NCBI GenBank assembly: GCA_030704615.1
Contig: CM060731.1
Location: 24,738,001 to 24,802,000, forward strand
Length of the DNA stretch: 64,000 nucleotides
Source of the DNA: Takakia lepidozioides
Lineage: Eukaryota > Plantae > Bryophyta
Reading direction: 5' to 3'
The position numbers and the translations under genes are program-made. The notes under the pieces were generated by a model. That model did not search any database. It saw only the letters and a list, made by a program, of their open reading frames with translations, and had not been told where the DNA came from. Positions 1 to 13,418 of this stretch are shown in pieces; position 1 is the stretch's first letter; the number at the start of each line of letters is the position of its first letter.

Positions 1-192
1 ATCAGAAGCCCGTTAATGTCGAGCAGGGGATTAAAGAACCTCATGCAGTAAATGAGGAGGAAAACAACATTAAAACTTCTAGAGGTCATCAAAATTGGCG
101 TCTCAGTGACTACAAGAACAAAATATTACATGCAATATGCAGCTTAATAGACAGGAAGTTGGAGAAAACATATGTTTGTCAGAGGAACATAC

Positions 193-3100
193 CATGAGGT
201 TGAACCCAATGTGGTCTACAGGCATGACTGGCCAGTCTTCCAACCGGGGTACATGAGTCACACCAAACACATACCTGTATTACATATGCACCCACAGCCA
301 GGATCATGCCACATCAGCTATGTTTACACTAAACTACAGGAATTGTAATAGACTGTCAGTAATAGGGCATGTATCCCAATGCCAGGTCAAGCAGAACTGT
401 GCTGACTGCCAACTTCACAGTGCTGTTAAGCCCCTTTCTAAGGACTCGCAGGTTACATGTGTAGCCTCCTTCAACTCTAAAGTCTAAGGTGGTAGACTCC
501 AAACCATCAGTCAAAACACTAGACTTGATACACCACTCCGCAGGATGACCACATCGGCATTGGCATAGAAAATCAAAATAGTACACAAATGGTCACTGGA
601 CTGTTCTGAGGCTGATGGTCCTTCTGAGAAAGGGCAAACATACGTCCGCCCAGAGCTGAAGAGCCAAGCCTATCTTGCACAGAGAGGTACCAAGATGTGC
701 ATTATTCTGTCTCTGCATCTGCGTGCTTCCACTAACCCAAGCAAATGTAGCGTGGGACCCTGGCGTGGGTGCCTCTGACTGCCACACTTCAGGTAGTAGC
801 TCCAGCTCTATTTCATGTCAAGGACTGCTTTCGACAGCAAACTGCATGCTGCACTCGGTACAGAGTGCCCTAGGCAACTGTGCAGGACTCAATATACAGT
901 ATGTGCACTGATTTGTACATATAGTCCAAATGATGCTGCAGACGTCAACATTTGACCCATCTAAGCCTTGGGTAGACCAGAAACAGGTGGTGATGGTTCT
1001 TGGAGAACTATTCAACCAGAATCACCCCCACAAGCACCACCAAATAAAAGAACCATTTAGTGCATTTAGTGCTCTGCACTAGATTAATTCCAGTTGATTT
1101 ATAATTGTCTAGCTCATTAGAAGTTTGATGCATTTAGTGCTTGCCTAGACTTGGTAGGTTTTATCTTTCACATAAAATAACCCAAACACACAAACTAAGA
1201 GTAACCAATTGACTACTGTGTTGAGAGAAATTGGAGAAGGGAAAGGGAGTACCAAAGTACGATGTCAGTCTCCTCGAGCTTACGGTCCTGCTGGACCCAA
1301 GTGGGAAGGCCTTCTCCCACACGAGGGTTCTGATTCGGAAACTCCCCCCCAGGAAAGCACTCATCACGATTGTACTGTGTAACCCACAAGTTGTGATTTA
1401 AGAAGGCAGCACGTCGTAAGAACTTAGCATCCGGGCCAGCTAGTGGCAAACAGTTGGAGCCTGGCATGAGCTTGTAGCCTGTCAGTTGTCCTGTTCGATT
1501 CACTGTTCTTGTATTCCGTACCTGCAGCACAAGTAGTTTCAGCTGTGTAATGAAAGTACTCCAGCAACGATGTCTTGCCTGCTCTGAAGCTGAGACTTGA
1601 GAAACTTCCAAGCAAATCTTTTTGACTGAACACCCCCAAAAGTGCAAGGGACTCCAGGAATGCCCTACTATGCACAGCTAAAAAGGCTTTCATCCATCTG
1701 ATCGTAGATGCAACTTTTTCAGCTGTTCGCCAGTATGCACTCTAATTGGTCAATCAAGTAAGGGGTTGTGAATGCCAGCCATTAGGCCCACAAATCGGTG
1801 CCATAGGCAGAATGATAGAGAATCCCCCTGGGTTGCAAGGGGGGAGGCAAGGATCATGACTGAAGACAAAGAGAGCTCACAATCCAATGACGAGCTGAAA
1901 GAGAGTTGCAGTCACGCTGAGCTTGAAGTTCTGACCGCAGAAGTGTTTCTTCAGCATAGAAGGCATTGTTGTGTGGGTTATCAGGTCCAGGTTCTTCCAC
2001 TTTCAGATTGACCTCCACAACCTAATCATAGTACTAAGTCAGAGCAGTGACAAAAGCTTGCTTACATCTACACCTTGAGAAGTACAAAAGAAACAGACAA
2101 CTGGTCAAGGGCATGACCTCCTTGAACTAATAAACATTTTGCATTACAGAAGTGTTTCAGAACCAGCACAATAGTCATCTCTGTATACATCATAGACCTT
2201 GCGAAGAGCAACATCGTATGCCAAACTCACAAGGGTTTGCTATGGTTAGGGCACAAAAACTAATCTACAACAATATAACAACCTGAATGCAAGTTACTGA
2301 AAAAAACTCTAGAATTGGTACCTGATTCAAGCCTTCACCAGGCTTACAATCCACTGCCATGTCAAGCCGCGCAACAAAGAAGTGTTGGTGAACAGGTGCA
2401 TACAAACCAGGTGCTATCACAGTGCCATGTCGGCGATTCTCATCCGTCTTCAATGCTCCTAGGCTGAGAATACCTGTCAGCTTCACCTCCGCCTCTATCT
2501 TCCCATCCTGCCACCATACCAACAACATACAGTGTAAAGGTGGGCACATTAGGACTCCACAACAGCTGTGAGAGCAGCTTCACGAGCTATCATTATCCTC
2601 AACCACCAGAAATATCAATATTCCTGACTTCAGTGTAGATTATTACTGATTGTAAAGTTGTCAAACCTACTTTACTGCCCAAAGATGACACCACCCATAC
2701 CATGCCATCAACTATGTACCTGGAAGCTAGGTTAGTCGCCTGCATTGTAGAGTACACCCTTACAATAATGAGTAAGCAACTTATAGAATTGGCCAAACTC
2801 AGTTTCAAAACTTTGCAAGTAATGCTCTCATAATATCACTTTATATTTGCTAGACATTAATAAGATGAGGATTGAGAGTCCACTATGAGTGCATCCCAAG
2901 ATTGTGAGGGCTCATCTCAAAACATCATATGGAAGAATCTTTTATTGGAGTCATAAGAGTCAAAGTTGCACAAAACCATTTGTTATAGGACTTCAAGTTG
3001 TAAGAAGCACAACCTGCATGCAGAATGGGGGGGTTTAGAAAGGACCTACTTTCATTATTTTCATACGTGTTCCTTGCACTCAATCTTGAGCTAAAATACC

Positions 3101-6100
3101 AGCACTAATGGCACCGCAAAGCATCATAGGCCAATTAACAAAAACTCTTTATTCATCCTCAGTAAGGCATTGAGGAGGTAAGAAGGGCCCAGATACAGGA
3201 CAGTAACCACCAACAATTCACTAATACTAGATCTGCCTCTTACATCATAGCCACTTCTCCACTCTGCCATGTCTGACACATAGTCGATTACAGTCCCTCT
3301 TTGTACAGTTTGCCTAATGTACAGCCTCTCCACTCTACATCCTCTCTAACATAAAGCCTATTACAATCTGTCTCGGTACAACATACAACCTCTTACAGTC
3401 CACCGTCCAAAATGCAACCTCTAATAACATAGTGACTCCTCTGTCACACAAGAACTGCATTTTCGAACAGAGCCACATAGCTTGAGCACCATTTGGCATA
3501 TGATCTTAACTCAGCTCAATCAAGAAGTGCTCAGGTTTAATCACTATATGGGAATTTTGTTTGGCAGGTGGTTTCAAAGACCAAAGCTAATACCATTCAA
3601 CAAACGATGCCCATCATCACTGTTTCTTTATGGATCTCTGCCCATGCATGAGTTAAATGTCAACTCAAATGAGGAGCAAAAAGACCAGGACAAAGGAAAG
3701 CGATCTTTCTCTCCCCATCCCTCTAGAACTACACCCTTTAAGCTATAATGAGTTTAAGACAGAATGACAACATCATCAAAAGAACATTTGAAAGGAAAAA
3801 ACAAAACTTTACTAGATGGGAAATAGACAGACTCCACTCATAAACAATCTTTCTCTCCTTTCAGCTAGCTTTCTCCCCCCTTCCCTCTAGATGAAGCCCT
3901 ACCATTAATAATCATAAAAGCAATGAGCGTCACCACAACCTCCTTGGAGGCAGAGAGTTGTTGTCACTTAAATTGAAGATATGAGTACCACCATAATCTC
4001 CCTGGACATGTTTTAGACTTTGTCAAAAGGTCAAAGGTCCCACATAAATAAGGTGGGTTAGGTCAATCTTGGAAGCAAAGAGCATATAGTGATTGAAATT
4101 GAGAAAATCAGCATCGCCCTGGAGGTGTGCTAGACTATGATAGCTAATGTGCTTGAAGGGCTTATGTTTCTAAGAACGACAGATACATATACTTTAGACT
4201 TCATGAGAGGAAGTATTTGTGAAAGTGCCCACAACATACCAACATAACACCTATCATACCTAGTGGGCTTATGTTCTTAACAGCACCAAATACTTATACT
4301 TGTCACATCTACCATACTTCTGCACGGGCTAATGTTTGTAATTGCTTAAAGAAACCAATTGCACCCTCCAACTACCTACTGCTTATGTTGGCAATAGCAC
4401 TGGAGACATGCTAAGCAGCAGCATTTTACCCTCCTACCGTTGATGAGGGGGTCCCTATAACTGTAGGTAGACATTGCTAAAGGGTACCATTGATGAGGGT
4501 GTTCCTTCAACTAGGAGGAGATGTGCTTGACACCATCAAACTGGCGGAAGCAGATACAGAAAATTTAGGACCAGAAACTCTAGGGTGGGCAAACAACAAC
4601 TCCAACATCGATTAACAAAATTCGGGTTATTGAGCCTCTTCAAATCTCAACTGCTGTTTACCATCTCCTCAAACCAGTTTCAGATCATAAATTCCAATTA
4701 CTACAACTTTTCAAATCCTTTTCTATTGTAGTCCAAAGTTGAGGTGTGTTTTACTTATGTGCTAGGCATTACCCCAAACAATGTTTCGGGGTTTTCCCAA
4801 GAGGCCAAATCTGGGGGTGTATGAAATTCAGGCTAATCTTCAGGCTAATGAACATCCTCTCCTCTTTAAAGTACTATGTCTCCCTCTTGGATCCTTAATC
4901 TCTATGGTAAAGACCTTTGAGATCTCTTGGTCTGGCAAGAGGGATACCACTAGTTGGAAAGCGAAACTTGTACCTCATATCGTGGATGGTGATGTGGGTT
5001 GAGGTATCATTACTTCGGGTGAGATTGTTCATTTGCATACATTGTCATCTCCCTTGACATTGATATAATCCTATATCTATCTTCCATGACATTGATGTAG
5101 GTTGTCATCTCCACTTTAAAGATTCTATTTCCTCTAGAGAGACAGAGAGAGACAGAGATAGGGCTTGTCTTGTCATGACAAGAAAGGATCTGTCAAGACT
5201 TGACCAGATCAACCTCAGTCAATTTCTCAGCCAATTTCAGTCTTGTCAGAGGGGTACGAAAAGGAAGACGTGGAAAGGGCACGAGATCTCTGCCTAGCCA
5301 AAGGGATATTACTACCTTGGAAAAGGGGGCTTCTTCCTCAGTACTTAGCGATGGTCGTAAGTACCGCATACGGATCACAAGATGAAAAAACTTTCAACAC
5401 TGGATAGATATCGCCAATGCCAACCTTCACCTCCAACCAGCATATGGGTGTTGGGCAACAAAACATCCCGGTAGGTCCACTCTAGATGCCTTACCACCTA
5501 AATTCTCTGAGATGTGAATGAAAAGACTTCTATGGACATGAGAAACCGAGACTCCTAGAAAGTATTAGGGGAACGAGGGTGGGTATGAACCTGATAGAAA
5601 TGCCAATAGAAGCCATACTCATAGTTGGCAACAGTACAGAAGAAAGAGACTGTTAGGCGCCTAGAACGCCGAACTTCTGTTGATCCAGTGCGCCAATCCT
5701 GATGTTTCCATAAAATGCCATGGTCTTCTTCATGCATGCACACACAATTCTCCACTGTCTCCACACCTCCATGGAAATTTGTAAAATGGGCATCGAAGTA
5801 CTTGATGTACCCTAGACAATCACACCCCTACAAAATTCCCATCGCAATTCAATTTAAAATAAAAATTTGGGAGTGAGAATCCCTTTCTTTATCCCCTCCC
5901 CTAGGCCTCGGAATACCACTACGCTTAAACTAGATTTAAGCGTCCCCTTTCTGTTGTGCATCTATGCTGGATCAAGATTGCATGGCATAATGAGTACTCT
6001 CTTAATTCCTTTTTCAATGTTGCATTGACAATCTTGACATATCTTCTTGTCTCACAACTTCACAGGTTTCTGGCCATGTAGGCTGGAATTACTTAGTACA

Positions 6101-9100
6101 TGCCTTTAGCTGGCAATATGCCAGCTAAATAAGTCGTCACTAACTACATAAACACCCTCTTATCAAATCCAGCTAATCTAGATTATAAAAAAAGGGTAAA
6201 AACAGCTAAGTAGAGCTTACCTGCTTCAATGAAAGTGCTTACTTACCTAGCATTCCATCCAACTAGCCTATATTTTAAAGAAAAAAATGTAATAAAGATA
6301 AGGAAAGATTACCCGCTTCAAAGAGTGTGCATTTTTGCCCAGTCCGTCTTCCCCAGCATCGAAAGCATTTTTACGGTAGTGTGGATCTTTCGGGTCACCA
6401 TATGGTACCACCATTTCCACAAAGCTAAGGCGATGAGCAACCGAGCGTCTGCCCCTACTACCATCATCATATGCCACTGTGTGGATCACGAGTCCTTCCC
6501 TTGGTGTAAAACCTATACGAAAATTCCACTGCTTGCACACGCACAACCATTTGCTTTTGTCAAGCCGCCAATAGGATTGATTCCAAGTTTAAGCCAAATT
6601 GCAGGTCTTCAGAATTGGTCTACGACAATCCTCAACAGATATAATGGAGCCATAGGCCACGAGCCCAAGTTACCACTATCATTACTAGTCTAACCGAAAA
6701 CTATACCAGCCACTAGAAAGCTGGCCACTGGAAATCTTTGTACCAAATCAATACATAAGCAAAGGCACTTCTCCAACTTACCATCCTATGTGCTACAAAT
6801 CATGCACAATATACACAAAATGGTAAGAAAAGGGGGGTTACCTTTTGCCACTCAACAGCATGACCATTCACCCGAAAGCTAGGCCCTTCAGGTTGTGAAA
6901 TATGCAAAGGCTTGATATCTGTGCGGTCTACGCCACCTCGCGACACAGCAGCAGTGTAGTTGCGCAGTGGGTCCGGAGGTGGTAAAGGAACAAGATACCT
7001 ATCCTCAAACTCTATCACCTGCATGCACTTGAATGCATCCCATGTCAGGACAGCTCTTGCTGCACTGCTTTGTAGCTTAGTTGAGCTCTCCTTTGTGCAA
7101 TCCTTGCCTGATCTGCATTGCTTTGTGGCTACTTGGGTGGATAAGCTCTCATTGGTGCACACTTTGCCTGCTCACTGGCAGTCGCACCTATCCTAGACAC
7201 CTAGTTCAACAGGAGTTATCCTTTGCTTTTCCCCCACCTCGCATTGATGCCGTCCTTTGCTTACTCTCCATCCAGCCAAAGGGGATGCATAGGGGATTCC
7301 ATGTGAGGTATATACAACTCCAAAATAGCAGGTTTAGACAAAGTCTAGTCGAAATATAACATGGAGATCTGCATCAAGCTCCAGAATGCACTATCGAAGT
7401 ACTTGCATAAGTAGGACACCTACCTACACATCAACTGAGGCATTCTCAAGGGAAAAAAGGAAGGACCTTCATTTGGCGCATATCCACGAGCACATGTATA
7501 CCCTCCACTGGCCGTGCATATCCATTTTCGAGGGGACAGTCACTCTCAGTTCTGCAAAAGACCAAGGGCCTTCCAAGCCTACGACTAGGTGCATCCTCTT
7601 CCCCATAATATCCTACGCACCTGCCACCCAATCCCCTCCATAGAGGCTTTTTCACTTCTTGAAACAGGATCAAGGAAAAAGACTCTTAAGAAAGAGTGTT
7701 CTTTATACATCAGGCTAGAAAAATTGTGTGAAGTCTCACCCACACATGACTACTACTTCCCCAACTTGGCCAGCCCAAAGGGTTTCTACTTGCAACGAGG
7801 TATTCCTACCTAGAGGCACAAGCCTCAACCTCAACTTTCAAACACTTGGACAAAATGGTGAGGATGCGTTCGTTCAGTTGCCGAGGTAAGGACAAAGCAG
7901 GTTATGAGGAGCATACCATGGGTCTACCATAACAAGGTCCATGTCATCAATGCCACGCCTTTTCATGGCTTCAATAAAAGGGGCATACTCCTTCACCGTT
8001 GCCTCACACTCTGCATATTCCACCGCATCCTGCCCTCATCCACACCACATCCTTGGATAAGTGTCAATCCAGGATAGAGAGCTGCAAAACTCGCAAGTGC
8101 CTGGTGCTGAAACTAATCAAAACTTTCTACAAAATGCTAGCAGATCATCTTACTTTTGGACCAGCTTGTGCGGAAGAGCACAACTACTGACAGACTGTAA
8201 AGGAGGAAGAGCAGATCTGACAGAGCGACTGATGCTCACAGGAGGAAAAAGCATAATGTTGTCTGAGACGAAGGATGCGAAATGATGCTTGTGTCCGGGC
8301 TTGACTCCCTTTTTTCTGATGACCTCAAATCAGCCTAGAGAGCACAATGATGTTTCACAATCATACACAGCAATTGGCAGGTGACCTGATGCTCAGAGGA
8401 GGAAAGAGCACAGAGTTACCACTGAGAAATAGGATGACATGATGCTTATATCCAGGCCTGGCTTGATTTTTCCAAATAACATGTGTAAGCATAGTTGGGA
8501 ACCTGGACACTGGGGCCTACAGTTTCGCCTGACAATGATACACAACATTAAAACAGAAATCCCCATCCTGCATGGGTTTATGCTTCTGTAAGGGTACACA
8601 ACCAACTTACCATGGGCGGCTGGACATCGGGAACGACAACAGAAGAGAGAACCTTGCCTCGGTGATGACCACCGCGAGCAGTAGCATGCACTTCGCTTAG
8701 CTCCACCATCCATACACTGGTCTCATTCGTCTTCTTGTTGTACACCACTAGCCTGGCCTGCCTTGGTGGCAGCTGCAATGGAAATATCGCCCCTCCTTTT
8801 CCTTTTGGCCGGAAAAACATGGGTTGATATGGGGGGAAAAAGTAAGCATCTGCCAGAGCCACTACGTTCTTGTCTGGCTCATTCAGTACAACCTCCACAA
8901 AGCGCATGCCATCCCGTACCTGCATTATTGGGCAATGCAAGTGATGAGAAGCTGCCAGAGAAAGGTGCCTCTAAATCCATCAACCTCCGGCCACATCAGG
9001 GTTAGATATGCCACCAGCAATACACATGGAGAATCCCTACAGACTAATCATAATTTGTGAATCAACGTATATGTATTGCTCTCACAACCGGCACACCACC

Positions 9101-9854
9101 AGCTGTTGCTCACAAGCTGGATATCATTCAAATTGAGCCGTAGAACTTATTCAAACTTATTCAAACGCATACTTCAGGTGTATCTCCAGCCGCTCTAACA
9201 GTTGCAATAGCCACCGCGATCTCTGTCGGGCTCAGGGGATCCAAAGGGTGCGCTGACTGCGATCGCAGCACCAACATTCCTGAACCTGCACCCTCCGTCA
9301 GCAGGTCCACCCACATCACCAACAGGAAACAAAGACGACGCCTACGACGACGACACACCACCTTGAACCCACCAGAACGACTTCCGTTCCAATCCATTAA
9401 ACAGCTAGATATGCAACGATCCTGACCACAACACGTATCCAAACAATTCACATATCATCTTCACAGTTTTTTCATTCCAGCTGCACTATTAACTGTAAAT
9501 GCCTTCCACAGCAGCACACCGACAACCAGTGCCCCCACAACAAGAGCCCATCCCACAATCGCAAATTGACCTGCTAGCCTCAACATTCAGCCCAAATTCC
9601 CGTTGCAAAGGCCTAGAATTCTTGATTAAACCACCTTTGACAGCGCTACCAGCAACAGTCGTAGACGGGTCGAGCGAGCCAAAAGCGGTAGCCTTCATGC
9701 TCAACCGGTTATGCTGCTCCTGCTGCTGCTCATGATGTTCGCCCAAGTCTACCTCCCCAGATGCGGGTGCAGGCTGCAAGGAACCCGACCCCGTTTCTGA
9801 AGTAGTGGCGGGCGCGTGGCAGCAAAGCGTCGGCGGCTGCGCACGTGAGGCCAT
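193..9854 (-). CDS. CuAO: Copper amine oxidase (TPQ-dependent), peroxisomal CuAO-zeta-like; 12 exons seen, last exon not resolved in the window
   Basis: Splice-bounded exons join in frame: 9854-~9503 (donor uncertain), 9279-9173 (HPLDPLS), 8919-8611, 8029-7917, 7620-7467, 7018-6842, 6528-6313 ([12 protein letters not shown]...[11 protein letters not shown]), 5827-5591 (TVANYEY, TPQ consensus N-Y-E), 2507-2322 (HQH copper ligands), 2021-1881, 1521-1253, 274-193 ([13 protein letters not shown], third His ligand). Confidence 0.95.
4130..4520. repeat. Degenerate tandem repeats within a decayed element in CuAO intron 8
   Basis: About four recurrences of gggcttatgtt-like units, two of them followed by a(g/a)atac(a/t)tatactt, plus paired cc(g/a)ttgatgaggg motifs. 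Confidence 0.45.
8229..8472. repeat. Two diverged ~95-bp direct repeats in CuAO intron 3
   Basis: ctgatgctca.aggaggaaa.agca...ctgaga....aggatg...atgatgctt.t.tcc.ggc.tg.ct occurs at ~8229-8326 and ~8386-8472. Confidence 0.6.
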
Positions 9855-10949
9855 TGACAGGGGTTTGCAAGCACCCCAATACCCAAATACTCCTTCCCCA
9901 GCCCTGCACTATCAGACATACAGCACCACCCTGCTCCGCTTCCCTCGGGGATCGCCACCACTCCTCCCCTCCCTCCACCGCCTCTTCCTCCGCACCTCCA
10001 CACCACCACCGCAGCCCTGCTCGCACGATCCTGCAAGCCAATACCGCAGGCCTGCAAGAGAGAGAGCGCGCATAAGAGAGTGTTAAGCACACCGCCCTCG
10101 CTCTCTCGCTCTCTTCTTCTTCTTCGTCGTCGTCCTCGCCTTCTCCATTCTTCGTCTCTCCTTCTCTTCTCTTGCACCCTGGCTCGGCCCCCTTCTTTCG
10201 CGGGCCATCCTCCGGCCGCCCGACAATGGAGGCCGTCGACCAACAGAACTTCGGACGGTTCCCGTTCACGTCCCGTTCGGGCACCAGTTCGGGAACGGAC
10301 GAACTGTCGTGATCATGGATGGAAACAACGCTCGTCGTGGATGAAGTTCATTTTCTGCGCGTCCGGGTGTCATGATTCCAATAAACCCGGGGTGGGGATA
10401 ATACAATAATCACTGACTCTAGTAGTATCACCAGAAAAAACTGAACATAAAAATAGCGAATTATTTAATAAATATACTAAATAAGATTCGTGGAACGAAT
10501 GCATCCAAAGGGAAGGCCTTACCGTGCCTGTTCGCACTTGATGCTCTCCATGGGTTTGTATTGTACTTACCAGTGGAATTGTGCCGGTATTGCCTTTTTA
10601 AGGAACCCGCCGAGTCTGGCTTTTCGAAATTTGGAAAATCCGGGGGTCTGGGTAGTTGCTGGAAAATATTAGTGGGGTCACGGGTTCCGGATGTTCAGAT
10701 CCCGGTCTTGATTAATTGATTAAATAAATTTTAAAAAAAATAATTAGAGATAAAATTATTTTTGGCTAGAAAAAAAATCCTAACGGGGAATTTTTATTTT
10801 AAGACATATTCCTTCAAGATGCACCATGAATATGGCTCATTTAAAGACTACATGTTGGATGCCATAAAAATTAATATTGAATTTGGGTTCCATTCTTTTT
10901 TCTTTTTTTTCAATAAACAGGGACAGTGGTCCTGAAGGGAACAAAATTA

Positions 10950-11135
10950 AAACCCTTTGTTGGCGCGTGGCCGCCATAAGGCCCAAAGGCACGCTGAGCG
11001 TGATGGCTGCCCCCAACCGGTAGGAAGGTGGACAACTTTGTGACACCAATCCGTGGATTGAGCAGATTGAACGCACAACCACTTTTGAAGTGGTATGTGC
11101 CCCTTACCGCTGGGCTACAACTTGAGTGGTGGGGT
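10950..11135 (-). mobile_element. tRNA-derived SINE (family B)
   Basis: Minus strand has A box TAGCCCAGCGG and a GTTCAA B-box-like motif. Its head is similar to the copy at 19455-19624, and it shares gtccaccttcct with the 49345 copy. Confidence 0.6.
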
Positions 11136-11409
11136 CTCGCTGCTGCTCATCCCCTCCACACAAATTGCAAACCAAAACACAACTTAGGTAGACCCCGCAT
11201 GCCCCACCCTAAAAAATCAAAAACCAAAATGCAAAGAGAGAGAGGAGGAAGACGATGAGCTGATCTAGGGAGGGAGGGAGTGAAGGGAGGGAGGAGAGGC
11301 TGATCTCAAGGTCTCCGGGCAAATACAAGATAAGAATCACATTTTAATTTTTCTAAGAATTTTATGCATATATATACACATATGTTAAAATTAAAACTAT
11401 GACCCCACC

Positions 11410-11600
11410 CCCTACACTGGCCCACAGGTAACGGTAACGGTACAACAGGTTCCGGAGCTAGCAGGGAGGTCCAGGTCTGGTTCTGGGTCCATTTCAGAAA
11501 TGAGCCGGGTCAGGGTGCACGTTTCTGGTGATGAAACGGGTCCGGGTACAGCCTAACCCCCCGGTTACCGAGGGTCAAAACCTGGACCCGCACAACACTG
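11410..11600. mobile_element. hAT-type MITE/terminal fragment
   Basis: Dense ccgg/cgggt subterminal motifs ending in ...cacaacactg (reverse complement CAGTGTTG). The same terminus occurs at 11936, 18709 and 46297. Confidence 0.45.
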
Positions 11601-11935
11601 GTTTGTACCTAGCTGGATTTAGGAAACTTAAAATTAGTGCAATGCTTGAATCCATAGGCAAACACATGGTCTTGAAGGCATTTATGCGCATTACCTGGCC
11701 GTGGATTATGTGACTCCTACTGGCCGACACAAAGTTAAGTCAAATAATTTTCTTTCTCATCTTTACGCCATTGACTGATATTATGTAATATTTTGTTAAT
11801 TAACCCATTAGATTATCAAACTTCAGTATACATATCAAAAATTTCGTGTATTTCATATTATTATCTGGCTGCACTGAAGTTATCAAGGATGTCGGCTGCG
11901 AGAGTGTAGAGTCGGTGGTCCGACTTGTATGAAAG

Positions 11936-12800
11936 CAGTGTTGGTCTGGTATCGCATGCAACACATACCAGTCTGGTCCTGGTATAGAGGATTTTAAAGA
12001 TGTTTGATACCAGCTGAACTCTGGTACCAGCCATCTATTGACATTTCCACTACCAGTATGGTATGAGTAATTGTTGAGATTGGAATTATGCAGTACTGGT
12101 ATAAATATGAGCAATATCAAAGTGATACCAGCAAGTATTGGTGATCAATACTGGTATCAGCTTTTTTATTTTTTTATTTTTTATTTATTTTTATTTATTT
12201 TAAAAAAAACTGAAGTGTGCACTTCAGCACTGCAACCAACCTATTCATTTGGAAGCAAATTTTGCTCCTTGAAATTCTCATAAGCAAATCATCTCATACC
12301 AATATTTTTCACGTGAGCATCACTCACTAACTTACAGCCTTAGACCATTGCAATCACCAAGCTCCATGAGCTAGTACAATCTGATAGCACAAAAAAAGAC
12401 AAAATCTCTACAGTCAAAGCGAAATAAACATTCAGACATTGTGTTTCAAGTGCACTATAATTCAATTTGTAACAGAAGTCATATGATTGCCCCCAATCTG
12501 TTGAGTCGCAACATTTGCAAACATGTTAAGAGTACTGAAGCTGCCACACAATTGCAAACATCCTCACAGCCAGAAAGTACTGAAACTAAGTGCTACAACA
12601 CATCCTCAAAGTAACCAGCATCTTCAAGTTCTTCTCCATAATCTTCAAGGAGATCATCTTCAGCAATGAAAAATTCCTCCACTCTCTTATCAGCGAGAAG
12701 GCAACCAGTCCTTGCATCGCTAGGCCAATTCTTTAAAATCATCACTAATTTGTCCATGTTCTTCACTCCAAGTCGGCACACCACCTCTTGAGAGGGTTCC
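11936..12800 (-). mobile_element. hAT DNA transposon remnant (terminus plus transposase C-terminal fragment)
   Basis: CAGTGTTGG terminus at 11936; repeated (ga)taccag/ctggta(tc) subterminal motifs at 11945-12160. ORF 12593-12874 ends CRLGVKNMDKLVMILKNWPSDAR plus an acidic tail, resembling the end of a hAT dimerisation domain. Confidence 0.6.
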
Positions 12801-13079
12801 TGATGGAGATTGGTTATGTCCACACAGCTTGGGATAGTGGCAGTGGATATGACTAGTGGCAGCTCACAAGACACGGGAGGCCAAGCTCATAGGAGTCAAT
12901 ACCCAAGATCTTAGGCTCAAGTTCACAGGTTGCAAGACGGCGACTAACGATGGGACAACTCTTGTACCCGGCCTCTTGATCTATTGAGTTTGAGTGTAGT
13001 AGAGACAGTGGTGGAGGACTTGGTGAGGTTATGGCCACTATCACATCTTGTGGCTACCTGGACTTAGAGGGACCTAAGC

Positions 13080-13377
13080 GCTAGCTAGGGGGGCGATTGT
13101 GATGGACTAGTGGCAGCCTAGTGGTGGACTAGTGGCTACACTAGTGGTGGCTAGTGGCCGCCTAGTGGTGGACTAGTGGCTGCACTAGTGGTGGCTAGTG
13201 GCAGTCTAGTGGTGGACTAGTGACTGCAGTAGTGGTGCAGCCTAGTGGCGCACTAGTAGTGGACTAGTGATAAACTAGTGTTTGGTGTGCACATATGTTG
13301 TGTGGTTTTGGACAGCGATGTAGTTGTGTAGCGATATGTATGCGTACGACAGCTGTCAAGTTATTTTACCACTAGTG
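13080..13377. repeat. CTAGTGG/ACTAGT short-repeat array ending in a CACTA-like terminus
   Basis: More than 15 CTAGT(GG) units at 13080-13280. 13364-13377 ttttaccactagtg is the reverse complement of CACTAGTGGTAAAA. Confidence 0.55.
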
Positions 13378-13418
13378 TGAAGTTAGCTAGGAAATAGCTA
13401 GCTTTTATATATTGACAT

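Noticed and set aside
8229-8472. Intronic snoRNA pair in CuAO intron 3
   Set aside because: No proper C/D (RUGAUGA/CUGA) or H/ACA box arrangement on the host-sense strand. Kept only as a direct repeat.
9730-10409. Overlapping 93-184 aa ORFs upstream of CuAO
   Set aside because: They arise from GC- and GA-rich 5'UTR/promoter sequence and give low-complexity translations with no domain.
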